From an uncultured Nitrososphaerota archaeon (GTDB lineage Archaea > Thermoproteota > Nitrososphaeria > Nitrososphaerales > Gagatemarchaeaceae), in assembly GCA_963718895.1 (NCBI GenBank), contig CAVRAG010000007.1, positions 768,001 to 832,000 of the forward strand: a DNA stretch of 64,000 nucleotides. The letters run 5' to 3'. A program made the translations under genes and the position numbers. Positions 63,329 through 64,000 of this stretch are shown piece after piece. Under the pieces are notes generated by a model, which saw nothing but the letters and a program-made list of their open reading frames with translations, did no database searches and had not been told where the DNA came from. The first letter of the stretch is position 1. Each line of letters begins with the position of its first letter.

Positions 63329-63751
63329 CTAGGAAGTAGCAAGCTCGTTCTTCAGGCGGTCGCGCTCCGCTTGGAGGTGCTTCACGTGTTTCTCGAGCTG
63401 ACCGAGTTCCGACTCTAGGCTCGATATGACCTTGTCACGCAGCTGTCGGGTCATGACCTCGTCGTGGTCCAGTTTCTCCTTCTGGAGGGCGACCATCGCC
63501 AGTTCCAGCTCGGATGCCTTCGTCTTGTTCTCCCCCGCTTCCTTGGTCAGGCGGTTGAACTCCGTCTCAGGAACGAGAAGGTAGTGGATGCGGCCGAGCA
63601 CCCTGGGGAACGTCGTGTCGCACCTGGGGCACCTGTACATCCCCACGTCCCTCTTGATCACCCCGCGTTCACCCTGCTCGGGTTCGACGACCACCTTGTA
63701 GACCCTCTCCGGGGAAGCGACAGACGCCTTGCAGTTAGGGCAAGCCGGCAC
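63329..63751 (-). CDS. Zinc-ribbon (Cren7-like) domain plus coiled coil
   Basis: CPNC..PERVY..VGMYRCPRC..F followed by about 70 aa of heptads. Confidence 0.7.
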   Translation of the reverse strand: MPACPNCKASVASPERVYKVVVEPEQGERGVIKRDVGMYRCPRCDTTFPRVLGRIHYLLVPETEFNRLTKEAGENKTKASELELAMVALQKEKLDHDEVMTRQLRDKVISSLESELGQLEKHVKHLQAERDRLKNELATS

Positions 63752-64000
63752 GTCTCATTGTTCGGCAGGTCGAGCATTTATGCGTGATGGGAAGGAAACG
63801 GCCGTCACCCTCGGGGGCGGCGGCAGATCGAACCTGGACGCCGTCCACTATCGTCGTCCGCCCGTAGATGCGCACAAGTCAGCCTTTAAAGCACCGTCCG
63901 CTGGACAGAGCCGTGTCCATGGCCAGTCACCGAGCAGGCTCCGATATCGAGGGCCTCTTCTGCGGTGCCGACGAACTGATAGGTCTCGTCTCGACGAGGA

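Overview
Archaeal chromosome window. The EF-2 sequence, archaeal TATA boxes, MpgS and a PEF-CTERM-like protein point to a TACK archaeon, most plausibly a GC-rich non-ammonia-oxidising Nitrososphaerota (inference). Many genes at 1-28 kb and around 52 kb are split by single-base indels, including essential EF-2, so these look like long-read consensus errors. (1) About 1-18.5 kb is accessory. It holds a large HerA/FtsK-type ATPase coupled to a 2-TM coiled-coil protein and flanked by two acidic low-complexity genes, a lid-less degenerate DnaK fused in frame to GrpE, a free-standing LAGLIDADG-like protein and surface proteins. A lower-GC block (~12-18.5 kb) follows, with an ATPase-wHTH gene preceded by twin palindromes, a candidate ~200-nt structured ncRNA, a type IIG restriction-modification enzyme and a PD-(D/E)XK nuclease. 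This block runs into fusA, whose first ~160 codons have foreign codon usage. (2) 20-28 kb contains toxin-antitoxin genes, hydrolases and a TetR-controlled ABC exporter. (3) 28-64 kb is mostly intact metabolic and regulatory genes: M42 peptidase, ADH, SerB, class III cyclase-TPR, MFS, nucleotidyltransferase-kinase fusion, an mpgS cluster, NDH-2, a dsrE2-tusA-sqr-arsR sulfur operon next to an orphan Mo-hydroxylase large subunit, mntR/mntH, mhqO/D-like genes and a Cren7-like zinc ribbon. I saw no rRNA, tRNA, CRISPR array, integrase or transposase.
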